Shown here: in pieces, positions 38,604 to 47,294 of the stretch
Position numbering within the stretch: the first letter of the stretch is position 1
How the letters are laid out: every line of letters starts with the position of its first letter
DNA from: an uncultured Gammaproteobacteria bacterium
GTDB taxonomy: Bacteria; Patescibacteriota; Microgenomatia; Daviesbacterales; UBA10151
Direction of reading: 5' to 3'
Length of the DNA stretch: 64,000 nucleotides
NCBI GenBank assembly: GCA_964649615.1
Contig: CAZYPW010000006.1
Coordinates: 12,635 to 76,634 of the forward strand
The notes under the pieces: model-generated
The model's input: only the letters and a program-made list of their open reading frames with translations
The model's database searches: none
Told to the model about the DNA's origin: nothing
Made by a program: the position numbers and the translations under genes

Positions 38604-39638
38604 ATGGGAAAAATAACGGTTGGTTTAGATATTGGTTTTTCTTCAATAAAAGTAGTTGCCTTGTCTAAGGATAAGCAGTTTAAATTAGTTTCCTTGGGTT
38701 CAATCCCCGCACCCTCACCTGGTATGATATCAGATAGTGACCCGGATTTAGAGGCAGTGGCTGTAGCCATTAAAAGATTGCTTGATGATACCAAAATAGA
38801 AGATAAAGAGGTTGTTGTGGCACTTCCTGAATCAAAGGTTTTTACCAGAGTGATTGATGATTTGCCATACTTAACAGATGCAGAGCTATCTTCTGCTATC
38901 AAATATGCCTCTGAAGAGTTTATACCTATGCCCTTAACTGAGGTAAATTTAAACTGGCAAGTTTTGCTTAAGTCCAAAGACCGTAGTAAAGATACCAAAA
39001 CAGTAGTTTTGGTGATTGCCTCACCTAAAAATGTAGTTTCCAAATATGTCAAGGTTTTATCTATGGCAGCTTTGCATCCTAAGGCACTAGAAACAGAAAC
39101 AATCGCTGTCACCCGCTCTCTGGTAGGAAATAATCCTTTCTCCCCCAGCAGTTTAATAATTCAACTTGGGGCCACTACCACTGATTTTGCCGTAGTTTCC
39201 AAGGGCTTGATTTGGTTAACCAGGTCAATTTCAACAGGAGGATCTGCTCTAACTCGCTCTCTGGCCCAAAATTTCAATTTTGAATTCCCTCAGGCAGAAG
39301 AATATAAAAAAGTATATGGGCTAATGGAAGACCAGCTTGAAGGAAAAGTGCTTGAGGCTTTGCGCCCTATTGTAGAAATTATCGCCACAGAAGCTAAAAG
39401 AGTCATTCAGTCTTATGAAACAAAATATCCAAATGATCCAATCAAAAGAGCAGTTTTATCCGGAGGCGGTGCCAAGATGCCTAGGTTTGTGATCTATTTG
39501 GCAAACAGGATGGCTTTAGAAGTTCAGGAAGCAGATCCCTGGTACTCTATAGAAAAAGATAAGGGATTAATTTCTAAATTATCACAAGATGCCCCTTCAT
39601 ATTCAGTTGCAGTAGGGCTTGCACTTAGGGAGGAGTAA
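38604..39638 (+). CDS. pilM: Type IV pilus assembly protein PilM
   Basis: Actin-like ATPase fold motifs ITVGLDIGFSSIKVV and LSGGGAKMP. Confidence 0.8.
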   Translation: MGKITVGLDIGFSSIKVVALSKDKQFKLVSLGSIPAPSPGMISDSDPDLEAVAVAIKRLLDDTKIEDKEVVVALPESKVFTRVIDDLPYLTDAELSSAIKYASEEFIPMPLTEVNLNWQVLLKSKDRSKDTKTVVLVIASPKNVVSKYVKVLSMAALHPKALETETIAVTRSLVGNNPFSPSSLIIQLGATTTDFAVVSKGLIWLTRSISTGGSALTRSLAQNFNFEFPQAEEYKKVYGLMEDQLEGKVLEALRPIVEIIATEAKRVIQSYETKYPNDPIKRAVLSGGGAKMPRFVIYLANRMALEVQEADPWYSIEKDKGLISKLSQDAPSYSVAVGLALREE

Positions 39639-39640
39639 TT

Positions 39641-40183
39641 ATGGCTTATATTTCTATCAACCTTTTGCCAATAGAATTTAGAGAAGAGCAGTTAAAGGCA
39701 AGCAGATTCTATAGAATTCAGGCTATAGGAATATCCATAATTTTACTGACAGTTTTCTTTGCTTCCTTGACTGTGGCTTTAAAAATTCTGCAAAGCCAAG
39801 CTGTAGCTTCTGCCCAAAGCCTGGTTTCTCAAAGGCAAAGAGCAGTGGAAGATTTTAAGACTATCCAGGCTTCCCTCTTGCTTTTGGAAAATAGGCTCAA
39901 AACTGTTAGCCAATTTGCTGGTGTACCCTCAAAACAAAATTCCACCTATCAGGATTTAACTAAGGTGATCCCTCCCGCTGCCTCAATTAGCTCCTTGAGT
40001 ATTGATAAGGAAGGAAATGCTTTAATTGTGGCTGCAGTTTCAGATCTAAACACTCTAGATATCATGTTTACAAACATGATTGATGAAGAGATGGGCCGTT
40101 TTTCAGAGGTTTCAATTGAGAGCTTATCTCGGGCCAGAGATGGCGTATTCAAGGTCAGTTTGAAACTTAAACCTAAAGAATGA
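39641..40183 (+). CDS. pilN: PilN-like inner membrane protein
   Basis: INLLP motif near the N-terminus, a single TM, and a coiled coil. Follows pilM. Confidence 0.7.
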   Translation: MAYISINLLPIEFREEQLKASRFYRIQAIGISIILLTVFFASLTVALKILQSQAVASAQSLVSQRQRAVEDFKTIQASLLLLENRLKTVSQFAGVPSKQNSTYQDLTKVIPPAASISSLSIDKEGNALIVAAVSDLNTLDIMFTNMIDEEMGRFSEVSIESLSRARDGVFKVSLKLKPKE

Positions 40184-40887
40184 AAAACAGCCAGGTTTTA
40201 TCAATTATTTACTCAAAATATAAACTAATAATTTTTCCTATGGTGGTGGCAATTTCTTGCTTGATCTTAATTTTTTTTGTTATATTCCCCCAATTTTTAA
40301 GCCTTATATCTGCTCATACAGCTGCTGGTGAATTAAGCAGTAAAGCCAAGTTTTTAGAGGTAAAAGCTCAAGCGCTGCAAAATTATAATGAAGAAGATTT
40401 GAGCTCAAAAGTAAGTTATGCTTTAAGCGCCTATCCAGAGGACAAAGATTATGCAAATGCCCTGTCTGCACTGCAAGGCATTGCTTCAAAGTGGGGTTTT
40501 GTGATAACTGCTTTTGCTCTTTCTGGTGGTGAAGTCAAAATAAAAGGAGCTCAAAGTTATGTGATAAAGCTGGATATAACTGGGAGCAGGGCACTCCTTC
40601 CTTCTTTTTTGAATGAAATTGAGATTTCTAATAGGCTGATGAGAGTAAATGGGTTAGAAGTTTCATCAGGCAGGGATACTGCTGCAGTTGAAAGCTCACT
40701 TACTATTTTAGCTTTTTATGCCCCTGTTCCTACTACCTTTGGCAGTGTTGATTCTCCTTTGCCTACCTTATCTTCAGAAGAAGAAGAAATTATTACCAAA
40801 TTATCCTCAAATGCTCCAGTTCAACTCCCTAGTGAGGAGCCTCAAGAGGTAATTATTCCTACAGGAAAAGCTAATCCTTTTGAATGA
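40180..40887 (+). CDS. pilO: PilO-like protein
   Basis: Single N-terminal TM and coiled coil. Third gene of the pilMNO arrangement. Confidence 0.55.
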   Translation: MKNSQVLSIIYSKYKLIIFPMVVAISCLILIFFVIFPQFLSLISAHTAAGELSSKAKFLEVKAQALQNYNEEDLSSKVSYALSAYPEDKDYANALSALQGIASKWGFVITAFALSGGEVKIKGAQSYVIKLDITGSRALLPSFLNEIEISNRLMRVNGLEVSSGRDTAAVESSLTILAFYAPVPTTFGSVDSPLPTLSSEEEEIITKLSSNAPVQLPSEEPQEVIIPTGKANPFE

Positions 40888-41551
40888 GATTAGGCCTTAT
40901 GGCTTGTGTCTTTTCTATAGATTTTTCTTTTCGCCATTTAGCTATTTCAGCGTGGTTTCCAGAAAGCAAAACTTTGGGAACTTTATCTCCTTCAAAAATA
41001 TCTGGCCTTGTATACTGGGGATGTTCTAGCAGATGTGGATCAGAGAAAGATTCATCTAAAGTTGCCTGATCTTTTAAAACCCCATTAATAAGCCTGACTA
41101 CACTATCAACTATCACCATGGCAGGGATCTCTCCTCCTGTTAAAACATAATCACCTATGGAGATTTCCTCATCCACATATTTATCAATAAATCTTTGGTC
41201 CACCCCCTCATAGTGCCCACAAATAATGATGAGGTGATCTAGTTTAGATAATCTCCGGGCATCTTTTTGCTTATAGGGAGTTCCTGAGGCTGAAGTTAAA
41301 ATGACTTTTGACTTTTGACTTTTGACTTTTGACTTTTTCAGCGCAGCTGAAAGTATGTCTGCCCGAAGTAACATCCCTACTCCTCCTCCATAAACTCTTC
41401 CATCTACTACTTTGTGTTTCCCTTCCCCAAAATCTCTTAAATTTATAAGCTCAAATGAGACTTTTTTTTTAATTTGGGCAGCTTTTATGATACTGGAATT
41501 AAAGATTGGTTCAAAAACTTCTGGGAAGAGGGTGATAATTGATATTTTCAT
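40871..41551 (-). CDS. trmD: tRNA (guanine37-N1)-methyltransferase
   Basis: ISIITLFPE N-terminus and the SPOUT knot GGEIPAMVIVDSVVRLI. Contains an in-frame AAAAGTC heptamer x4 (41303-41337). Confidence 0.85.
   Translation of the reverse strand: MKISIITLFPEVFEPIFNSSIIKAAQIKKKVSFELINLRDFGEGKHKVVDGRVYGGGVGMLLRADILSAALKKSKVKSQKSKVILTSASGTPYKQKDARRLSKLDHLIIICGHYEGVDQRFIDKYVDEEISIGDYVLTGGEIPAMVIVDSVVRLINGVLKDQATLDESFSDPHLLEHPQYTRPDIFEGDKVPKVLLSGNHAEIAKWRKEKSIEKTQAIRPNLIQKD
41303..41337. repeat. GACTTTT x4 heptamer SSR
   Basis: In-frame in trmD (KKSKVKSQKSKV). Confidence 0.85.
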
Positions 41552-41796
41552 TGCCCACTTTGTTGTGGATCATTTAGCTGTAGATTAACCCTGATATTTT
41601 CAGCAATAGCTCTAACTGTTAATAGTTTTCTAATAGCTCTGATTGTTTTCCCCATCTTTCCAATCACCAGTCCCATATCCTTGGGATCAACAGTTAAGAT
41701 CAGGTTTATTTCACCATCATTTTTATCCTCAGTAATAGAAACTGCATCAGGATTTGAGACTAAACTGGTAACAATATAATTAAGCAGGTCTTTCAT
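41548..41796 (-). CDS. KH-domain RNA-binding protein (YlqC/UPF0109-like)
   Basis: MKDLLNYIVTSLVSNPDAVSI...VIGKMGKTIRAIR GxxG KH motif. The start was trimmed to the ATG at 41796. Confidence 0.65.
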   Translation of the reverse strand: MKDLLNYIVTSLVSNPDAVSITEDKNDGEINLILTVDPKDMGLVIGKMGKTIRAIRKLLTVRAIAENIRVNLQLNDPQQSGQ

Positions 41797-42157
41797 CAGT
41801 ATTTTCCTTTGTAGCTTTCTCTTCTTTGGAAGCTTCTGCTGGAGTTTGTTCTTCTGCAGGCTGTTGGTTGGCAGCTGGTGGCTGCTCAACTTTTTTCTCC
41901 TTTTTTGGTTTTCTAGGTGGCCTTTGCTTGGCCTTACCAATCATCCTTAAAAATCCATCAGACATTTGAGCTCCCTGTTTTATCCAATAGTCAACCCGAT
42001 CTTGTTTTAATTTAATATCTTTGGGTTCTGTTAAGGGATTGTAGCTTCCTAAAAGCTCAATATAAGCTCCAGATCTTTTGCTTCTTTCATCAATTACCAC
42101 TACCCTATAAAAGGGCTTTTGTTTAGTTCCAAGTCTGGTTAAACGAATTTTTAACAT
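41780..42157 (-). CDS. rpsP: 30S ribosomal protein S16 with Lys/Glu-rich C-terminal extension
   Basis: MLKIRLTRLGTKQKPFYRVVV. Confidence 0.9.
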   Translation of the reverse strand: MLKIRLTRLGTKQKPFYRVVVIDERSKRSGAYIELLGSYNPLTEPKDIKLKQDRVDYWIKQGAQMSDGFLRMIGKAKQRPPRKPKKEKKVEQPPAANQQPAEEQTPAEASKEEKATKENTDERPA

Positions 42158-42198
42158 AGTTTAAGCGAAGCTAAGTATATAGAATTAAGATATGCTCG

Positions 42199-42888
42199 TC
42201 AAGGAAGCAACATTTTAAGGGCTTTTTGGGCTGCTATTTCTTCTGCTTCCTGTTTAGAAGATCCTACCCCTTCCCCATGTTGTTTCCCACCTATATATAC
42301 TCCCACCACAAATTCCTTAGCATGGTCTGGGCCGCGGGTATTCAAAATTCTATATTTGGGAGATTCTTTAAATTTTTCCTGGACTATTTCTTGCAGGTTT
42401 GACTTAGCATCTTTAGGCGGGCCTGATTTTATTTCCTTCTCAAATAAGGGGAAAAGAGTTTTAGAGATGACTTTTTTTACTCCCTCTAGGCCTTGGTCTA
42501 AATAGATTGCTCCCAGCAGTGCCTCATAAGTATTAGCTAGCAGCTGAGGATTATTTTGCCCGCCTGAGAGTGACTCACCTTTAGAAAGTTTTAAGAAATC
42601 TCCTAAGCCTAAATCAGAAGCTGCCTGGGCTAAAGATTTGGTTTTAACAATGTAGGCCCTTAAATTAGTTAAATCTCCTTCTGCATCTTCCCTTCTTTGG
42701 TCATAAAGATAATTTGAAACCACTAAGGACAAAACAGAATCACCCAAAAATTCCAATCTTTCATTGGAGGCAAAATTGCCCCTAGTTTCATTTAAATAAG
42801 ACCTATGGGTAAAAGCTTGTTGCAATAAATTAAGATTTTTAAAATTTAACTGCAGCTTTTTAAGTAAGGAACTAAAATTTTCTGTCAT
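42199..42888 (-). CDS. rnc: Ribonuclease III
   Basis: ERLEFLGDSVL catalytic signature and a C-terminal dsRBD. Confidence 0.9.
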   Translation of the reverse strand: MTENFSSLLKKLQLNFKNLNLLQQAFTHRSYLNETRGNFASNERLEFLGDSVLSLVVSNYLYDQRREDAEGDLTNLRAYIVKTKSLAQAASDLGLGDFLKLSKGESLSGGQNNPQLLANTYEALLGAIYLDQGLEGVKKVISKTLFPLFEKEIKSGPPKDAKSNLQEIVQEKFKESPKYRILNTRGPDHAKEFVVGVYIGGKQHGEGVGSSKQEAEEIAAQKALKMLLP

Positions 42889-43124
42889 TAACCAATCAAG
42901 TTATCCTCAATTAAACTCACTAAATCATCAACTGTTTCTATTTTATCTATCTCTTCGGGAGCTAAAGTCACATCAAATTTTTCAGATAGTGTATTTAACA
43001 AATCATTTAGCTCAATTGGGCCTAGATTTAAATCTTCTCTCAGGAGTGCCTGCCTGTCTAAATCTTCAGGATTTAAGGTAAGATGCTCTGCTACTACTTT
43101 AGTAATATCTGAAACTGCAACCAT
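42888..43124 (-). CDS. Acyl carrier protein-like protein lacking the phosphopantetheine-attachment serine
   Basis: ACP fold-like 78-aa acidic protein. The motif reads DLNLGPIELNDL where canonical ACP has DLGADSLD, with Pro replacing the conserved Ser. Confidence 0.55.
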   Translation of the reverse strand: MVAVSDITKVVAEHLTLNPEDLDRQALLREDLNLGPIELNDLLNTLSEKFDVTLAPEEIDKIETVDDLVSLIEDNLIG

Positions 43125-43162
43125 AGAGTATAGCGTATAGTTAATAGCTTAAAAAAGCAATA

Positions 43163-43528
43163 TCAAATTTTAATTTCTTTTAGCTTTACTGCTTGGCCTA
43201 AGACTCCATTGATAAAAGAAAATGAAGAGTCAGAACCAAATTCCTTGCCCAGTTCCACAGCTTCATCTATCACTACTTTGGGAGGGGTACCATGTTGGAA
43301 GATTAGCTCAAAGATGGAAAGGCGCAATATAGCCAGGTCTATTCTATTAATTTCTCCAATGGGCCTATCTGGAGCGCACTGGGAAATTATTCCATCAATT
43401 TGTTGCAAATTCTTCACAATTTCTGGAATATTTTTAGGGATCCTGCGTTTAGGGCTAAATTGAAAGGAAAATAAATCTTTCATCAGCTTGATGCGTTTTA
43501 AGTGCCTGGGGTCTTTAGATGTTTTCAT
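43163..43528 (-). CDS. nusB: Transcription antitermination factor NusB
   Basis: AILRLSIFEL...KVVIDEAVELGKEFGSDSSFSFINGVLG. Confidence 0.75.
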   Translation of the reverse strand: MKTSKDPRHLKRIKLMKDLFSFQFSPKRRIPKNIPEIVKNLQQIDGIISQCAPDRPIGEINRIDLAILRLSIFELIFQHGTPPKVVIDEAVELGKEFGSDSSFSFINGVLGQAVKLKEIKI

Positions 43529-43566
43529 TGGATGAGATCCTTCGGCTCGCTTCGCTCGCTCAGGAT

Positions 43567-43588
43567 GACTAAGGCCTAGGCCTTAGTC
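43567..43588 (-). terminator. Perfect 22-nt palindrome downstream of rpmF
   Basis: GACTAAGGCC TAGGCCTTAGTC, preceded by GC-rich GGCTCGCTTCGCTCGCTCAGG. Confidence 0.4.
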
Positions 43589-43773
43589 ACTTTAACTTGC
43601 TCTTTTCCTACAGATTTAGAAGCGTAGTAGCCACATTCTTTGCAAACAATATGTGACAGCGTGGGTTTGCCACAGTTTTTACAAGCTATCAGATGAGGAA
43701 CAACTTGAGAAATTGCAGCTCTTCTGGTTCTTTTTCTTGATTTGCTATGTTTTCTTTTAGGTTCACCAGCCAA
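43576..43773 (-). CDS. rpmF: 50S ribosomal protein L32
   Basis: MAGEPKRKHSKSRKRTRR and a CxxC...CxxC zinc ribbon. Confidence 0.85.
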   Translation of the reverse strand: MAGEPKRKHSKSRKRTRRAAISQVVPHLIACKNCGKPTLSHIVCKECGYYASKSVGKEQVKVTKA

Positions 43774-43860
43774 TCGGAACGCCCCTTTCTATGGCGCGGG
43801 ATCCACTTGCAAAAATGCGAATAAGCATTTTTGACAAGGGTACAAAGCTCATGATTTATC

Positions 43861-45897
43861 CTAATCTGGATTTACTTCACGAGTAATATTTTGTAATCTT
43901 GCCTTAAGTAAGGGATATTTGTCAAGAGAAGGATCCAAATTTAGCAAATCTGCAGCTGCTTTTTTAGTTTTTTCAACCATTTGTATATCAGAAAAAGAAG
44001 CTATCTTAAATTCAAATCTGCCGGATTGCCTGACCCCAAAAATTTCTCCCCCTCCCCTGATTTTTAAATCAAGCTCTGCTAATTTTAATCCATCAAAGGT
44101 GTTTTCCATATATTTTAACCTGCGCCTATCACTTGACACATCCGATGTGTAAAGTAAACAGTAGGACTCTTTGGTACCCCTGCCTACTCTGCCTCTAAGC
44201 TGATGCAGTTGGGCAAGCCCAAACCTTTCTGCTCCCTCAATTACTATAATAGTGGCATTGGGAATATCCATGCCTACCTCAACAACAGAGGTGGAGACTA
44301 AAATTTGCACTTTACCTTCTTTAAATTCTGTTAAAACCTGCTCTTTTTCTTTACTCTTCAATCTGCCATGCAGCAAGCCTAATTTAAGGTTGGGGAAAAT
44401 TTTACCTAATCTTTCGTACTCCACCTTAACAGCCTTGACTGTAGTTAATGTTTCAGAGGCTTCTATAAAAGGTGTGATAATATATGCCTGATCCCCCTCC
44501 TTTACCCTTTTTTCTATAAATTTGTAAGAATCAGCCCTCTTTTTTTCTGGAACCAAATAAGTTTTTACCACAGGCCTGTTTTTAGGCATTTCATTGATCA
44601 CAGATAAGTCCAAATCACCATACAAAGTTAGAGCTACAGTTCTGGGGATGGGGGTAGCAGTGGTTGTTAAAAAGTGAGGTGGTTTGGCTTTTGCTCTCAA
44701 GATAGTTCTCTGTTCCACCCCAAACCTTTGCTGTTCATCAACTACTACCAGTCCCACATCGGCAGCGATTAGTTTTTCAGAAAGAAGAGCGTGAGTACCG
44801 ACAATTACCTCACTATCTTTGGCTTCTTTTTTAGATCCTGTATATATCCCCACTTTTATTTCAAAAGGTTCTAAAAGATTGGAAAGGGTAGAAAAATGCT
44901 GGAAAGCTAAAATTTCTGTAGGAGCCATAAAAAGAGTTCTTAATTTATTTAAGTGAATAAGGTAGGCAATGATTGCTACCACCACTGTTTTTCCTGATCC
45001 TACCTCACCCTGGATCAGCCTATTCATTGGTTGGCCCTTTTTCAAATCCTCAATTATTTCTGCAATCACTTTTTTTTGAGCGGAGGTCAGTTTAAATGGT
45101 AAGGATTTTAGAAAATAATTTAGATCATTTTTATTAATATCTAGTGGTGCTATGGGAGGTTTTTTCTTCCATTCCATCCTTGCTTTTTGGGTGGCTAAAG
45201 AAATGTAAAACAATTCATCAAAACCTAATCTTTCCCTGCTCTTTTCTATATCATCCCAACTTTCTGGGTAGTGAATCTTCCTGATAGCATCTTTTAAACT
45301 CAGCATTTCTCCTCTAATAAAACCAGGCATAGGATCTGTTAGTTGATTTTCTACTTGCGGCAGTAGTTGATCGATTTTAGTTCTTACCCATTTTGAGCTT
45401 AGCCCTTCAGTTTCCGGATAAACAGGGATTAATCCTCCTGTATGTAACCCTTTTTGATCCGTGTTCCCACTTGACGAGTGGGAACGTAGATTGATGTCAA
45501 GTTTTTCCCATTTCGGTACGATAATGGAAAGTCTACTTTTGTATTTGGTTAATTTTCCAGAAATTTGTAGCCTGTCACCTGTTGCTATTTGCTTAGTCAG
45601 CCAGCTCTGATTGAACCAGGTCAGATTTATCGGTGAGGTGCCATCATTAAATATTGCCTGGGTTAATATTTTTCTGGACCTGGTGTAAATATTTTTAATA
45701 GACCAGATTTCGCCTTGCAAGGTGACTACTTGCCCAATTTGAGTCTCTTTAGCAGTGGAGATTTGGGAAAAGTCATCATACCTGAAAGGAAAATGGTAAA
45801 TTAAATCCTCCACAGTATTTAGATTTAATCTGCCCAGTTTATATAAGAGGCCTGGGCCGGTACCAGCCAGTTTGGATAAAGGAGTGTTAAGTTCCAT
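43861..45897 (-). CDS. recG: ATP-dependent DNA helicase RecG
   Basis: Wedge domain, helicase motifs GEVGSGKT, DEQQRFG, QLRGRVGRG. In-frame elements at 45464-45484 and a degenerate copy at 44130-44154. Confidence 0.9.
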   Translation of the reverse strand: MELNTPLSKLAGTGPGLLYKLGRLNLNTVEDLIYHFPFRYDDFSQISTAKETQIGQVVTLQGEIWSIKNIYTRSRKILTQAIFNDGTSPINLTWFNQSWLTKQIATGDRLQISGKLTKYKSRLSIIVPKWEKLDINLRSHSSSGNTDQKGLHTGGLIPVYPETEGLSSKWVRTKIDQLLPQVENQLTDPMPGFIRGEMLSLKDAIRKIHYPESWDDIEKSRERLGFDELFYISLATQKARMEWKKKPPIAPLDINKNDLNYFLKSLPFKLTSAQKKVIAEIIEDLKKGQPMNRLIQGEVGSGKTVVVAIIAYLIHLNKLRTLFMAPTEILAFQHFSTLSNLLEPFEIKVGIYTGSKKEAKDSEVIVGTHALLSEKLIAADVGLVVVDEQQRFGVEQRTILRAKAKPPHFLTTTATPIPRTVALTLYGDLDLSVINEMPKNRPVVKTYLVPEKKRADSYKFIEKRVKEGDQAYIITPFIEASETLTTVKAVKVEYERLGKIFPNLKLGLLHGRLKSKEKEQVLTEFKEGKVQILVSTSVVEVGMDIPNATIIVIEGAERFGLAQLHQLRGRVGRGTKESYCLLYTSDVSSDRRRLKYMENTFDGLKLAELDLKIRGGGEIFGVRQSGRFEFKIASFSDIQMVEKTKKAAADLLNLDPSLDKYPLLKARLQNITREVNPD
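44130..44154. repeat. Degenerate family-1-like palindrome ACTTGACACATCCGATGTGTAA
   Basis: In recG. Read as YTSDVSSD. Confidence 0.6.
45464..45484. repeat. Family-1 palindrome TTCCCACTTGACGAGTGGGAA
   Basis: In recG. Read as SHSSSGN. Confidence 0.85.
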
Positions 45898-45909
45898 GAA
45901 GGGATTATA

Positions 45910-45955
45910 TCGCGAAGCGGTACAGGAAGTGTAGTGGCGAAGCCACGAAACGATT
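45910..45955. repeat. Family-5-like GC-rich segment TCGCGAAGCGG...GTGGCGAAGCCAC
   Basis: Intergenic, upstream of the recG start. Confidence 0.45.
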
Positions 45956-46119
45956 ATACAAATTAATTAGAAAGCTGATAGCAGTGGAAGGAAGGAAAAG
46001 ATAATTATAGAAATTCCAGCAATTACAGAAAGGATGATCCAAACAATTTTGAACTTTTTAGAATACATCATACTTAATATGTATCACAAAACTTGAAAAA
46101 CTAAAAGTATAAAGTATAA

Positions 46120-47253
46120 TTATTTATTAGTTAATTTTTCAATCTCTTTCAAAGCAGAATTTCTTTTTGGATTTTCAAAATACTTTCTGGCCGGTTCCAG
46201 CTTTTTAATTAACCAATCAGCCACTGCATTTTTTAAATCCTGAGGGTGTAAATTTTTAGCCATATAATCTTTTTCTAAATCTTCATAATTTGTGTAACTT
46301 AAATCCCCTCCCCATTTTGGTTCTCGTTTTATGTTGAGGTGCGACCTTTGTTGAGGTGCGACCTTTGTTGAGGAAGGACCTGAACGGGCGTAGAAAATAA
46401 GGTGTTTTACCCAGTCTAAGATGGGATTAAACTCTACTATTCCTTCAGGTGCATAAGCATTATTTACTTTCCTATTAATCTCATCTGGACTATCATGAAT
46501 AAAAACAGCAGAATCTGGTTTTGACTTGCTCATTTTTAAAGCCAGTTTTACTGCTTCCTCATCCTCCCCTCCTGAAATCTCAGGTTTTAAAAGTCCTTGC
46601 AGCAGGTGATGATGAATTGCTACTGGTTTTTTATGTTGCAAGTCCCCTGATGCATCTCTTGCCACCACATGTACATTTCTTTGGTCAGTTCCTGCATGAG
46701 TAATTGTAATACCCATAGCAAAAATATCTGCAGACTGCATAGCAGGATAAATTAACATAGCAGAGTCTGAAATCTCAGACTCTTTTCTGCCCATGATGGT
46801 GGTTGATCTTAACATTCTGGCTAAAGTTGTAGCTTTGGAAACTTTAATAACTGTTGCCCAATATTCATTACTTTGCTTGCCGTATAGTTCTGATCCCAAA
46901 ACAAACTCAATTTTGTCTGGGTCTGCTCCTACGCACAAAGCTGCAGCTTTTAAACCCTCTTCAAAGTACTCACGAGCCATTCTTCTGGCTGTTTGGAGTG
47001 TGCCATCTAATTTTTTATTAAGCCAGGTATGCCAGTCAGCCAGAAAAATAGTAGTTTGTACCCCAGCCTCTTGAAGATCTTTAATCTTTAACATGCTAGC
47101 TAAACCAGTTCCTAAATGGACTTTTCCAGAAATCTCAAAACCAATGTAGTGTTTTAAAGGAGTATCACTATCAATTAAATGTTTTAATTCATCAATAGTT
47201 AAAACTTCTTCTAAATTTCTGGTGATTAATTTAAGTTTTTCCTCAGTTGCCAT
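46120..47253 (-). CDS. tyrS: Class I aminoacyl-tRNA synthetase, archaeal/eukaryotic-type TyrRS (or TrpRS)
   Basis: YIGFEISGKVHLGTG (HIGH) and KMSKSKPDS (KMSKS). 377 aa. An in-frame 17-mer tandem lies at 46333-46385. Confidence 0.65.
   Translation of the reverse strand: MATEEKLKLITRNLEEVLTIDELKHLIDSDTPLKHYIGFEISGKVHLGTGLASMLKIKDLQEAGVQTTIFLADWHTWLNKKLDGTLQTARRMAREYFEEGLKAAALCVGADPDKIEFVLGSELYGKQSNEYWATVIKVSKATTLARMLRSTTIMGRKESEISDSAMLIYPAMQSADIFAMGITITHAGTDQRNVHVVARDASGDLQHKKPVAIHHHLLQGLLKPEISGGEDEEAVKLALKMSKSKPDSAVFIHDSPDEINRKVNNAYAPEGIVEFNPILDWVKHLIFYARSGPSSTKVAPQQRSHLNIKREPKWGGDLSYTNYEDLEKDYMAKNLHPQDLKNAVADWLIKKLEPARKYFENPKRNSALKEIEKLTNK
46333..46385. repeat. TTGAGGTGCGACCTTTG 17-mer, about 2.5 tandem copies
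   Basis: In-frame in the aaRS gene (STKVAPQQRSHLNIK). Confidence 0.8.
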
Positions 47254-47294
47254 AGTTCGTCTACTTCTGTGATAATATTACCATAGGTAAATAA

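Noticed and set aside
43538-43588. GC-rich segment plus 22-nt perfect palindrome between nusB and rpmF as a mobile element
   Set aside because: Position and form fit an intrinsic terminator or attenuator for rpmF on the minus strand. There is only partial similarity to family-5 hairpins.
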